Origin: a virus
Lineage: Duplodnaviria; Caudoviricetes
Reading direction: 5' to 3' (one strand)
DNA: 24,123 nucleotides
IMG/VR virus record: IMGVR_UViG_3300025606_000021
Location: 1 to 24,123 of that record
How positions within the stretch are numbered: position 1 is the stretch's first letter; the number at the start of each line of letters is the position of its first letter. Shown here one piece after another: positions 1-8,073 of the stretch. The notes beneath the pieces were generated by a model. That model was not told where the DNA came from, did no database searches, and saw only the letters and a list, made by a program, of their open reading frames with translations. The translations under genes were made by a program, and so were the position numbers.

Positions 1-1
1 A

Positions 2-1936
2 GAGCGGATGCTTTGGGGTTTAGGACTTTCAGGCAACGCATTTAAAAAGGTTTATTACGACCCGAACTTAGAGCGTCAAGTCTCTATGTTTATTCCAGCA
101 GAAGACATGGTTGTGCCTTATGGCGCATCTAGTCTGGAGTCCGCAGAACGTGTAACTCACGTGATGCGTAAGACAGAAAATGAACTGCGAAAACTGCAAG
201 TGGGTGGCTTTTATTTAGACGTTGACTTGGGTGCGCCTGACAACACGCTAGACGAAGTTGAAAAGAAAATTGCCGAGAAGATGGGCTTTCGTGCAACTAC
301 CGATGACCGTTATAAGTTATTGGAGATGCATGTAGACCTAGATTTAGAAGGCTATGAGCATAAGGATGAAAATGGTGAACCTACAGGAATTGCGTTGCCG
401 TACGTTGTCACGATTGAAAAAGGCAGCAGCACCGTACTCTCAATCCGAAGGAACTGGAATCCAGATGACGACACCCACTCTAAGAGACAGCATTTTGTCC
501 ATTATGGATACGTGCCGGGCTTTGGCTTTTATTGCTTTGGGCTTATTCATCTTGTCGGTGCTTTTGCTAAGTCTGGCACTTCTATTATCCGACAACTGGT
601 TGATGCAGGGACTTTGTCAAACCTTCCGGGTGGCTTTAAAACACGGGGTCTGCGGGTAAAGGGAGACGATACACCGATTGCTCCAGCGGAGTTTAGAGAT
701 GTAGATGTACCGTCAGGCACTATCAAAGACAACATCATGACTCTGCCATACAAAGAACCAAGCCAAGTGCTTGCCACTTTGTTAGATAAAATTGTTGAAG
801 AAGGACGCAGATTTGCTAATGCTGCCGACTTGAAGGTTGCTGATATGTCAGCCAACTCTCCAGTAGGCACAACTTTGGCAATGTTGGAACGTACTCTTAA
901 GGTAATGAGCGCAGTACAAGCTCGTGTTCATTACTCACTCAAACAAGAGTTACGACTTTTAAAAATCATTATTCGTGATTACACACCAGAGGATTACAGC
1001 TATGAACCCGTTGAAGGCGATAGGCAAGCTAAAAAATCGGACTATGACTTGGTTGATGTCATACCCGTGTCTGACCCGAATGCGGCTACGATGTCGCAGA
1101 AGGTCGTACAATATCAAGCGGTAATCCAACTAGCGCAGACAGCACCCCAACTCTATGACTTGGCTTACCTCCATCGTCAGATGTTGGACGTGCTTGGCAT
1201 CAAAAATGCAAGCAAGTTGGTTAAATTGGAAGAAGATGCCGAGCCGCTTGACCCTATTTCTGAGAATATGAATGCGGTTAATGGTAAGCCTTTGAAGGCA
1301 TTTATCTACCAAGACCATGATGCACATATTGCAGCGCATCAAGCATTTATGACAGACCCAGTGGTTACCAAGACTATCGGTCAAAATCCTCAAGCCAATC
1401 AAATCATGGCGGCATTGCAAGCTCACATGGCACAGCATTTAGGATTCCAATACCGTTCGCAAATCGAAAAACAGATGGGTGTTACCCTTCCTGCTCCAGA
1501 TGCCAAGCTTCCAGAGTCAGTCGAAGTGGAACTATCAAGACTCGTGGCAACCGCAAGTCAGCAGTTACTTCAAATTCACAAGGGCGAAGCAGCCCAACAG
1601 AAGTCCGAAGAACAGGCAAAAGACCCATTGGTACAAATGCAACAGCAAGAACTGCAAATCAAGATGCAAGATGCCCAGCGCAAAATGCAAAAAGACCAAG
1701 CAGACATGCAAGCAAGAATGGCTCAGATTCAAGTCGAACAGCAGCGTATTCAGGCTCAGTCCAATACCGATGCTATGCGAATCCAAGCCCAAACCCAGTC
1801 AGATGCCCAGCGCATACAGGCTGAAAACCAACGTGCTGCCGAGAAATTGGCATCAGAAGCCGAGCGGGAAAGACTTAAGCTTGGTGTAGACGCAGCCAAG
1901 GCACAGGCACAAATAGCAAATAAGGCTAACAAATAA
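2..1936 (+). CDS. Phage portal protein (5'-truncated)
   Basis: Frame is open from the window edge (GAG CGG ATG), so the true start lies upstream. Portal-like segments (AFKKVYYD, HFVHYGYVPGFGFYCFGLIHLVG, LVDAGTLSNLPGG) and a long Q-rich C-terminal coiled coil; first gene of the head module. Confidence 0.85.
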   Translation, partial: ERMLWGLGLSGNAFKKVYYDPNLERQVSMFIPAEDMVVPYGASSLESAERVTHVMRKTENELRKLQVGGFYLDVDLGAPDNTLDEVEKKIAEKMGFRATTDDRYKLLEMHVDLDLEGYEHKDENGEPTGIALPYVVTIEKGSSTVLSIRRNWNPDDDTHSKRQHFVHYGYVPGFGFYCFGLIHLVGAFAKSGTSIIRQLVDAGTLSNLPGGFKTRGLRVKGDDTPIAPAEFRDVDVPSGTIKDNIMTLPYKEPSQVLATLLDKIVEEGRRFANAADLKVADMSANSPVGTTLAMLERTLKVMSAVQARVHYSLKQELRLLKIIIRDYTPEDYSYEPVEGDRQAKKSDYDLVDVIPVSDPNAATMSQKVVQYQAVIQLAQTAPQLYDLAYLHRQMLDVLGIKNASKLVKLEEDAEPLDPISENMNAVNGKPLKAFIYQDHDAHIAAHQAFMTDPVVTKTIGQNPQANQIMAALQAHMAQHLGFQYRSQIEKQMGVTLPAPDAKLPESVEVELSRLVATASQQLLQIHKGEAAQQKSEEQAKDPLVQMQQQELQIKMQDAQRKMQKDQADMQARMAQIQVEQQRIQAQSNTDAMRIQAQTQSDAQRIQAENQRAAEKLASEAERERLKLGVDAAKAQAQIANKANK

Positions 1937-2130
1937 TGGATAAAGTCCTAAAACTTCTAGCTGAAAAGATAGATGACAAAGTGGCACAACTTCAGGAAGC
2001 CCTTGGCAGTGGTTCAGCCAAAGACTACGTGGAGTACAAAGCAATGGTTGGTGAGATAAAAGGTCTTCTTACTGCCCGTTTAAACATCCAAGACCTACAA
2101 AAAAACTTTGAGGAATCTGATGACGAGTGA
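1936..2130 (+). CDS. Small conserved phage hypothetical protein (64 aa)
   Basis: TAATG coupling to the portal stop; helical sequence with YxEYKxMVGEIKGL; sits between portal and GroES. Confidence 0.75.
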   Translation: MDKVLKLLAEKIDDKVAQLQEALGSGSAKDYVEYKAMVGEIKGLLTARLNIQDLQKNFEESDDE

Positions 2131-2533
2131 AATCCTACTGGCTACCAACCCAGACAACCCAGTAATAATTGGTTCAATATCCAAACCCGCAGAAGAAAAA
2201 GCTAAACAACTCCCTAGACCGTCTGGTTATCACATCCTTTGTGCTATTCCTGACATCGAAGCAGAGTATGAAAGCGGAATTCTAAAGGCGGATGCAACTC
2301 TTCAGTACGAAGAAATGCTCACTACAGTCCTTTTTGTCGTAGCTCTCGGTCCAGATTGCTACAAAGACCCCACACGCTTCCCTTCAGGCGCTTGGTGCAA
2401 AGAGGGAGACTTCGTTTTAGTACGTCCAAACAGCGGTTCTCGCCTTGTAATTCATGGCAAAGACTTCCGCATGATTAATGACGACTCTGTCGAAGGCACT
2501 GTAGACGACCCTCGTGGTATTAAACGCAAATAA
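2120..2533 (+). CDS. GroES/Cpn10-like co-chaperonin
   Basis: LPRPSGYHIL...ESGIL...VVALGPD...KEGDFVL...G...FRMINDDSVEGTV follows the Cpn10 pattern. ATG at 2120 follows GAGGA, so it is preferred over the TTG at 2108. Confidence 0.8.
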   Translation: MTSEILLATNPDNPVIIGSISKPAEEKAKQLPRPSGYHILCAIPDIEAEYESGILKADATLQYEEMLTTVLFVVALGPDCYKDPTRFPSGAWCKEGDFVLVRPNSGSRLVIHGKDFRMINDDSVEGTVDDPRGIKRK

Positions 2534-2544
2534 GGAGCGACAAA

Positions 2545-3489
2545 ATGGCAGAATTTGAAAAACAAGAGTTTAAATTCCCAGACGAAGCAGAAAAAGAGAC
2601 CAAAATCGAGGTTTCTGCGGAAGATGACAACATCGAAATTGAGATTGAGGACGATACACCTGAGAAAGATAGGGGTGTAGAGCCACTTCCTGAGAATGTT
2701 AAGCAAGAATTATACGAAGATGAGCTAGAAGACTACTCCGCAAAGGTTAAAAAGAAGCTTTTGCAGATGAAAAAGCTGGCTCATGACGAAAGACGTGAAA
2801 AAGAACAGGCTTTACGTGAACATCAAGAGGCTATTGCCCTTGCACAGCGTGTTATTGAAGAGAATAAACGCCTAAAAAACAACGTAAATGAGAATGAGAA
2901 GAGCATTCTGCTGTCTGTTACCAAGGCTGTAGAGCTTGAACTGGAAAAAGCCAAGGATGACTACAAGAAAGCGTACGAATCTGGCGATACTGACAGAGTA
3001 ATTGAAGCCCAGCAGAAGCTAACTGAAGTTTCGATGAAACAGGACAAGGTAAGAAATTTTAAACCTACCCCTTTACAAATCGAAGAACCTGTTGTACAAA
3101 TGAGGCAACAGGAAGTACAAGCACCTCGTCCTGACCCAACTGCGGTTGACTGGCAACAGCGCAATACATGGTTTGGTGATGACGATGAAATGACTTCTTT
3201 GGCTTTGGGTCTCCATGAGAAACTCAAAAAAGAAGGAGTTGTGGTTTCTTCACCTGAGTATTACAAACGTATCGATAATACGATGCGGCAACGGTTCCCA
3301 GAGAAATTTGAGACCGACATAGAAGACAAGAGCGAACGCTCTACACGCCCAAGCACGGTTGTTGCACCTGCAACCCGGAGCACATCCTCCAAGAAGATTC
3401 GTTTGACAACTTCACAGTTGAGCATTGCGAAAAAACTTGGTCTAACAAATGAGCAATATGCTCAAGCCGTATTAAAAATGGAGTCCTAA
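2545..3489 (+). CDS. Putative capsid scaffolding protein
   Basis: Acidic N-terminus, long coiled coil, C-terminal LTxxQxxIAKKLGLTxEQYA helix; RBS TAAGGAG; located upstream of the capsid genes. Confidence 0.6.
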   Translation: MAEFEKQEFKFPDEAEKETKIEVSAEDDNIEIEIEDDTPEKDRGVEPLPENVKQELYEDELEDYSAKVKKKLLQMKKLAHDERREKEQALREHQEAIALAQRVIEENKRLKNNVNENEKSILLSVTKAVELELEKAKDDYKKAYESGDTDRVIEAQQKLTEVSMKQDKVRNFKPTPLQIEEPVVQMRQQEVQAPRPDPTAVDWQQRNTWFGDDDEMTSLALGLHEKLKKEGVVVSSPEYYKRIDNTMRQRFPEKFETDIEDKSERSTRPSTVVAPATRSTSSKKIRLTTSQLSIAKKLGLTNEQYAQAVLKMES

Positions 3490-3490
3490 A

Positions 3491-3940
3491 ATGACAACCA
3501 ACAGAAAACCTCGTGAACTTGAAAACCGTGTAATGGCAGAGCGCCCTAAGCAGTGGTCTCCACCAGAACTCCTTCCAGAACCAATTAAGGAGGCGGGATA
3601 CTCGTACAGATGGGTTCGTACTTCGACCCTTAATGCAGCCGACCCAAGAAATCTATCAGCAAAACTGAGAGAAGGATGGGAGCCAGTAAAGATTGAAGAA
3701 CAACCACAGTTTCAACTGCTAATCGACCCAACAAGTCGCTTTAAGGACAACATTGAAGTCGGTGGATTATTGCTTTGCAAAACTCCAACTGAGATGGTTC
3801 AACAACGTAATGATTATTACGCTAAACAAACCGAAGCCCAGACGGAAGCTGTAGACAACAATCTTATGAGTCAAAGCGACCCAAGGATGCCACTCTTTAG
3901 AGAGCGTAAATCCTCAAGTAGCTTTGGTAAAGGTTCTTAA
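3491..3940 (+). CDS. Conserved phage head-module hypothetical protein
   Basis: W.PP..LP.P, GY.YRWVR and KLREGWEPV motifs; GGAG upstream; tightly packed in the operon. Confidence 0.7.
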   Translation: MTTNRKPRELENRVMAERPKQWSPPELLPEPIKEAGYSYRWVRTSTLNAADPRNLSAKLREGWEPVKIEEQPQFQLLIDPTSRFKDNIEVGGLLLCKTPTEMVQQRNDYYAKQTEAQTEAVDNNLMSQSDPRMPLFRERKSSSSFGKGS

Positions 3941-3963
3941 TTTTTTTAATCTAGGAGTTTTAA

Positions 3964-4578
3964 ATGGCTTATCCTACCGTAGCAGGTCCTTATGGATTTC
4001 AGCCAATCAAATTGATTGGTGGTCAGGTATTCGCTGGTGCAACTCGTCAAATTCCCATCGCTTCAGGTTCTGGCACATCAATTTTTTACGGTGATGTCGT
4101 ACGTCTGAACACTGGTGGTACTTTGAGCCGTGTTTCCACTACCGATTCTGCAACTGACGCTGTTGGTATTTTCTTGGGTTGTGCTTTCACAAACCCAACT
4201 ACCAAACAGTTTTTGCAACAACAGTACTATCCAGCTTCTACAGTGGCTAGTGACATCGTAGCTTATGTTTGTGATGACCCTGATACCTATTTCAAGGTAG
4301 CTGTGTTATCTGATAGCACAACTATTGGTGGCATGACACAGACTGACGTTGGTAATAACGTTTCTATTTTGACTACTGCTGGTTCTACAACTACTGGTGA
4401 CTCAAAAGAAGGCGTATTGCAGACAACTAGCGCTTCAACAACCACTCTGCCATTCCGTATTGTTTACGGTGTTCCAGAGACTGTTAATGCGTCTGGTTCT
4501 TTTACTGAAGTGGTTGTTAAATTCAACTTCGGTGTTCACACTTACTACAGCGCAACACCTGTAGCAACCGCAGCTTAA
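3964..4578 (+). CDS. Putative capsid decoration/minor head protein
   Basis: T/G/A-rich beta-type protein directly before the MCP, strong RBS AGGAG; IFYGDVV and GIFLGC motifs. Confidence 0.55.
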   Translation: MAYPTVAGPYGFQPIKLIGGQVFAGATRQIPIASGSGTSIFYGDVVRLNTGGTLSRVSTTDSATDAVGIFLGCAFTNPTTKQFLQQQYYPASTVASDIVAYVCDDPDTYFKVAVLSDSTTIGGMTQTDVGNNVSILTTAGSTTTGDSKEGVLQTTSASTTTLPFRIVYGVPETVNASGSFTEVVVKFNFGVHTYYSATPVATAA

Positions 4579-4589
4579 GGAGCGTTTAA

Positions 4590-5504
4590 ATGGCTATTTC
4601 TCGTGCACAACTACTGAAAGAGTTGCTCCCCGGCTTGAACGCATTGTTCGGACTTGAGTACGCAACCTATGGACAACAACACAAAGAGATTTACGAAACT
4701 GAATCTTCTGAGCGTTCGTTTGAAGAAGAAACCAAGCTGTCAGGCTTCTCCGCAGCACCTGTCAAAAACGAAGGCTCTGCCATCGCTTATGACAATGCTC
4801 AAGAGGCATTCACAGCACGTTACAACCACGAAACTATCGCCCTTGGCTTTAGCTTGACTGAAGAAGCAATCGAAGACAACCTCTACGATTCTTTATCTGC
4901 TCGCTATACAAAGGCTTTGGCTCGTGCTATGGCTTACACAAAGCAGGTTAAAGCTGCTGCTGTGTTGAATAACGGTTTCACCAACTCTGCCGCTTATTAC
5001 GGTGGTGATGGCGTACCTTTGTTCTCTGCAAGCCATCCATTGGTTTCTGGCGGTACAAACAGCAACATTCCTTCTACTCCTGCTGACTTGAATGAGACTT
5101 CTTTAGAAGCCGCTGTAATTCAAATCGCTGCATGGACTGATGAACGTGGTCTGTTGATTGCTGCTAAACCTAAGAAATTGGTTGTTCCTCCTTCACTCCA
5201 GTTCGTTGCAACTCGTTTGCTCGAAACTGAATTACGTGTTGGTACAACTGATAATGACATCAACGCACTTAAGAACAATGGTTCTGTTTCAGAAGGTTAC
5301 ACAGTTAACAACTTCTTGACAGACACAAACGCATGGTTCTTGACAACTGATGTTCCTAACGGCATGAAGCATTTCGTTCGCACCCCATTGAGCAATTCTA
5401 TGGACGGTGACTTCGATACAGGTAACGTACGTTACAAGTCTCGTGAGCGTTATTCTTTTGGCTGGTCTGACCCACTCGGAATGTACGGTTCACAAGGAGC
5501 TTAA
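4590..5504 (+). CDS. Major capsid protein (HK97 fold)
   Basis: MAISRAQLLKELLPGLNALFGLEY start, PKKLVVPP, DFDTGNVRYKSRERYSFGWSDP end; strong RBS TAAGGAG; followed by a terminator. Confidence 0.9.
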   Translation: MAISRAQLLKELLPGLNALFGLEYATYGQQHKEIYETESSERSFEEETKLSGFSAAPVKNEGSAIAYDNAQEAFTARYNHETIALGFSLTEEAIEDNLYDSLSARYTKALARAMAYTKQVKAAAVLNNGFTNSAAYYGGDGVPLFSASHPLVSGGTNSNIPSTPADLNETSLEAAVIQIAAWTDERGLLIAAKPKKLVVPPSLQFVATRLLETELRVGTTDNDINALKNNGSVSEGYTVNNFLTDTNAWFLTTDVPNGMKHFVRTPLSNSMDGDFDTGNVRYKSRERYSFGWSDPLGMYGSQGA

Positions 5505-5531
5505 TTACCGATAACGGTTAAAGCTACCACT

Positions 5532-5568
5532 TACCCCCTCGCTCAAAAAGCTTGGGGGTATTTTTTTT
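5532..5568 (+). terminator. Rho-independent terminator after the capsid gene
   Basis: TACCCCC-TC-GCT-CAAAA-AGC-TT-GGGGGTA hairpin followed by T8. Confidence 0.85.
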
Positions 5569-5634
5569 ATTTTAATTTGTAGCGCAATTGTCATAATTGA
5601 CTGATTTAATTGGCAAAAATCTATTAAGGTAAAT

Positions 5635-6615
5635 ATGCGTCATTCAAAAAAAGAAGATGATGTTTTTATTAAGACTTGGAAAAGATTGGGTTCCCCCACC
5701 TTGGTAGGAAAAGAACTAGGTATAAACCCTAGGAGTGCCCTTAATAGAAGAGCAGCAATACAAATAAGATATGGGATTACTTTAGATACTCACAACTCTT
5801 TGCGAGACAAAAAAAAAGAAAAACCTAAAAAGATAGAGCTTGCCGCACATAACGTCCGTAGAGGCATAGACGTTGACAAGGTTAAAAAAGTTATTGTCTT
5901 TTCAGACGCTCACTTTACCGATACCCCAACCACAGCGTTTAAAGCCCTATTAAAAATGATTAAAGAGTTTAAACCTCAAGTAATCATTTGTAATGGAGAT
6001 GCTTTTGACGGACAAGTTCTTAGCCGATTTCCTTCTATTAATTACGACCAAAAGCCAACTGTTTTAGAAGAACTTAATGCCTGTCGTATGCATTTAGATG
6101 AAATTGTTAAAGTAAAACCAGCAGGGTGTCGATTAATATGGACTCTTGGAAATCATGATATGCGGTACGAATCTTGGCTGGTTAACAAGGTTCCTGAGTA
6201 TTCTGGAGTAGATGGGTTTAGTCTTAAATATCATTTTCCTGAATGGGAAACTTGTTGGAGCTTTTGGATTGGTGAAGAGACCGTAGTCAAGCACCGGTTT
6301 AAAGGTGGTCGCACGGCAGGTTACAGCAATTTGGTCGCAGCGGGAAACACGAACATCATTACGGGGCATACGCACGTTCTCTGTGTAAGTCCAATTAGCA
6401 ATTACCAAGGAAACTTTTTTGGGGTTCAGACTGGTATGTTGGCTGACCCTATGTCAAGCACCTTTGAGTACTGTGAAGATAGCCCTAAAGACTGGCGTTC
6501 AGGATTTGCCATGCTGTCTTTTGACCAAGGTAGAATGTTAATGCCAGAGCTAATTATGGTTAGCGATGAGCAAAATGGTGAATATGAATTTCGTGGTTCA
6601 ATACACAAAGTTTAA
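5635..6615 (+). CDS. Calcineurin-like metallophosphoesterase with basic, possibly HTH-like N-terminus
   Basis: All five motifs present in order: SDAH, NGDAFD, GNHD, KH, GHTH. Confidence 0.85.
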   Translation: MRHSKKEDDVFIKTWKRLGSPTLVGKELGINPRSALNRRAAIQIRYGITLDTHNSLRDKKKEKPKKIELAAHNVRRGIDVDKVKKVIVFSDAHFTDTPTTAFKALLKMIKEFKPQVIICNGDAFDGQVLSRFPSINYDQKPTVLEELNACRMHLDEIVKVKPAGCRLIWTLGNHDMRYESWLVNKVPEYSGVDGFSLKYHFPEWETCWSFWIGEETVVKHRFKGGRTAGYSNLVAAGNTNIITGHTHVLCVSPISNYQGNFFGVQTGMLADPMSSTFEYCEDSPKDWRSGFAMLSFDQGRMLMPELIMVSDEQNGEYEFRGSIHKV

Positions 6616-6617
6616 AC

Positions 6618-6971
6618 ATGAAGCTAACGTCAGAGGTTGTTAAAAATCTCTATGCATCCCTTTATTGTTGCTATCCATTTACAAAATGGAAAATGCCCTT
6701 GCCTGAAGAAATTGATTTTGTAGTCACTTCTGACCCTGAATTAATGGGTACTTACCTATACGATACGGGTGAGGAATACGAACATACAGTGACAATCTCG
6801 TCTGGAAGGTGCGGTCATTACTATACGATGCTTACTACCTTAGCCCATGAAATGATACACATGAGCTTTCACAGGCAAGAAGGCAATAAATGGACTCAGC
6901 ATGGCAAACAATTTAGAAACCGATGCAAGATGGTTGCTACTGAACTTGGTTTTGACCCACTGGAGCTTTGA
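6618..6971 (+). CDS. SprT-like zinc metallopeptidase (HExxH)
   Basis: TTLAHEMIH zincin motif followed by HGKQF, matching the SprT HGxxF pattern. Confidence 0.75.
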   Translation: MKLTSEVVKNLYASLYCCYPFTKWKMPLPEEIDFVVTSDPELMGTYLYDTGEEYEHTVTISSGRCGHYYTMLTTLAHEMIHMSFHRQEGNKWTQHGKQFRNRCKMVATELGFDPLEL

Positions 6972-7298
6972 TACTTAAAGGTATATGTTTTGTATATACA
7001 TTGATACCTATATGTATAAATTGAGCCGTATTTTATACATATAAGGCTCAAATTATGAGCCGTAAAGTTTACAAAAACCTCTATTTGTAAAGTATTAGCA
7101 ACATGATTGTAAAGTTAATGGCTTATTAAAGAGTCCTTAAATAGGATAAAGCCTTATTAAAGATGTTTTTTAAGTTATTAATCTTTTTTTACAAAATTGC
7201 CCGTTCGGGAATATTTGTGTAATTTACGCTACTTTTTCTTACATTCTTCCCGTTCGGGAAATAAAAAAGGTTGCAAAAGGTAACCTTTGTAAACTTTA
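6968..7298. repeat. AT-rich non-coding array of diverse palindromes and paired short repeats
   Basis: TTGATAC-N6-GTATA x2, TGTATATACA, GGCTCA-N5-TGAGCC, TTTACAAA-N8-TTTGTAAA, CTTATTAAAGA x2, CCCGTTCGGGAA x2, AAAGGTTGC-N5-GTAACCTTT; no ORF in the track. Confidence 0.75.
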
Positions 7299-7309
7299 AG
7301 AAACAAAAT

Positions 7310-7361
7310 GTGGGGTACTACGGGGCTAATGTATGTGAAGCATTGAATCCGCCTCCCCCAC
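7310..7361 (-). ncRNA. Candidate structured hairpin with loop-E-like internal loop; may also be the terminator of the minus-strand ORFs
   Basis: Minus strand reads GUGGGG-GAG-GCGG-AUUC-AAUG-(CUUCACAUA)-CAUU-AGCC-CCGU-AGUA-CCCCAC followed by AUUUUGUUUCUU; begins 10 nt after the stop of ORF 7372-7497. Confidence 0.5.
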
Positions 7362-7371
7362 GGTACAGCTA

Positions 7372-7497
7372 TTACTTACCTGTCTTAATATACTCTTTGA
7401 TGCTTGAGAATACGCAGTTAACCCAGAACTCATAAGCTTCCTTGGTGCGCTCAACTAAAACTTCATACTTTTTAAACTGCTCTTCAAATGTAAACAT
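7372..7497 (-). CDS. 41-aa amphipathic protein, possibly phasin-like (not in ORF track)
   Basis: MFTFEEQFKKYEVLVERTKEAYEFWVNCVFSSIKEYIKTGK*, RBS GGAGA 4 nt upstream, double stop TAA TAG. Confidence 0.7.
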   Translation of the reverse strand: MFTFEEQFKKYEVLVERTKEAYEFWVNCVFSSIKEYIKTGK

Positions 7498-7513
7498 GGT
7501 ATCTCCATAAGTT

Positions 7514-7530
7514 ATGTTGCAATGCACCAT
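7514..7530 (-). promoter_or_regulatory. PhaR-like operator overlapping a -10 element
   Basis: ATGGTGCATTGCAACAT (ATG-N-TGC-N3-GCA-N-CAT dyad) adjoining TAAAAT (7529-7534), upstream of ORF 7372-7497. Confidence 0.5.
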
Positions 7531-7536
7531 TTTACA

Positions 7537-7653
7537 TTAATTTCTATGATACGCATCATTAGGATGTTTAAACATGCTATCCAATAATTCATCAATATTT
7601 TTAAACCATTGAATAACCTTTAACCCATCTGCTTGATAGATGGTAAAACTCAC
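7537..7653 (-). CDS. 38-aa hypothetical protein (not in ORF track)
   Basis: GTG start overlaps the previous TGA (GTGA): MSFTIYQADGLKVIQWFKNIDELLDSMFKHPNDAYHRN*. Confidence 0.6.
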   Translation of the reverse strand: MSFTIYQADGLKVIQWFKNIDELLDSMFKHPNDAYHRN

Positions 7654-7877
7654 TTTTTTACTTGTTTTTTGCGTTTTGCTTTTTCAAGCGGGAAAACAGG
7701 CAACTCATCTTCTTCTGGTCTAACTTTGTATTCATCAAGTGCTTTGGTAAGCATAGCGATAAGCCCCCATTGGACAAGGCATTCAAGTCCTTCTTTATCG
7801 AAACGAACGATAGCGTTAGCCGAACCATCTTTGTTTTCCTTGGTAATCTTTACTGATATGTCCACGTTATTCTCCAA
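7650..7877 (-). CDS. Hypothetical protein (75 aa)
   Basis: KENKDGSA...FD.EG...LVQWG pattern typical of small phage proteins; overlaps both neighbours in the operon. Start is uncertain; the GTG at 7865 after GGAG is an alternative. Confidence 0.65.
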   Translation of the reverse strand: MENNVDISVKITKENKDGSANAIVRFDKEGLECLVQWGLIAMLTKALDEYKVRPEEDELPVFPLEKAKRKKQVKK

Positions 7878-8073
7878 AGGTTAGCACTGGCTTATCTAAA
7901 GCCTCCAAAGCCCATTTTAAATAAGTTCCAATTTCTTCAAGATTTTCACCGCCCATTGTGGCGGTTGTATGACCTAAAGGTTTTCCTAAAGCGTCATAAA
8001 AGACTTCCCTAATCTCAATATAAGATTCCTCTGGGTTTTCGGTGATATTGACCAATCTTAGGTTCCAAGTCAT
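7867..8073 (-). CDS. Hypothetical protein (68 aa)
   Basis: MTWNLRLV...EIREVFYD..GKP.G...ALDKPVL; ATGA overlap with the upstream ORF. Confidence 0.7.
   Translation of the reverse strand: MTWNLRLVNITENPEESYIEIREVFYDALGKPLGHTTATMGGENLEEIGTYLKWALEALDKPVLTFGE

Noticed and set aside
354-1889. Several alternative-frame and antisense ORFs inside the portal gene
   Set aside because: Fully nested in a convincing long gene, with no recognisable motifs.
5588-5626. Promoter for the phosphoesterase gene
   Set aside because: TTGTCA/TTGACT and CATAAT-like boxes exist, but no pair has convincing spacing, so none was called.
5809-5817. A9 tract as a phase-variation or frameshift site
   Set aside because: It encodes a Lys run in an AT-rich gene whose frame is intact; nothing else supports slippage.
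6968-7298. CRISPR or mini-CRISPR array
   Set aside because: No single repeat recurs with regular spacers; each motif occurs only a few times and no cas genes are present.
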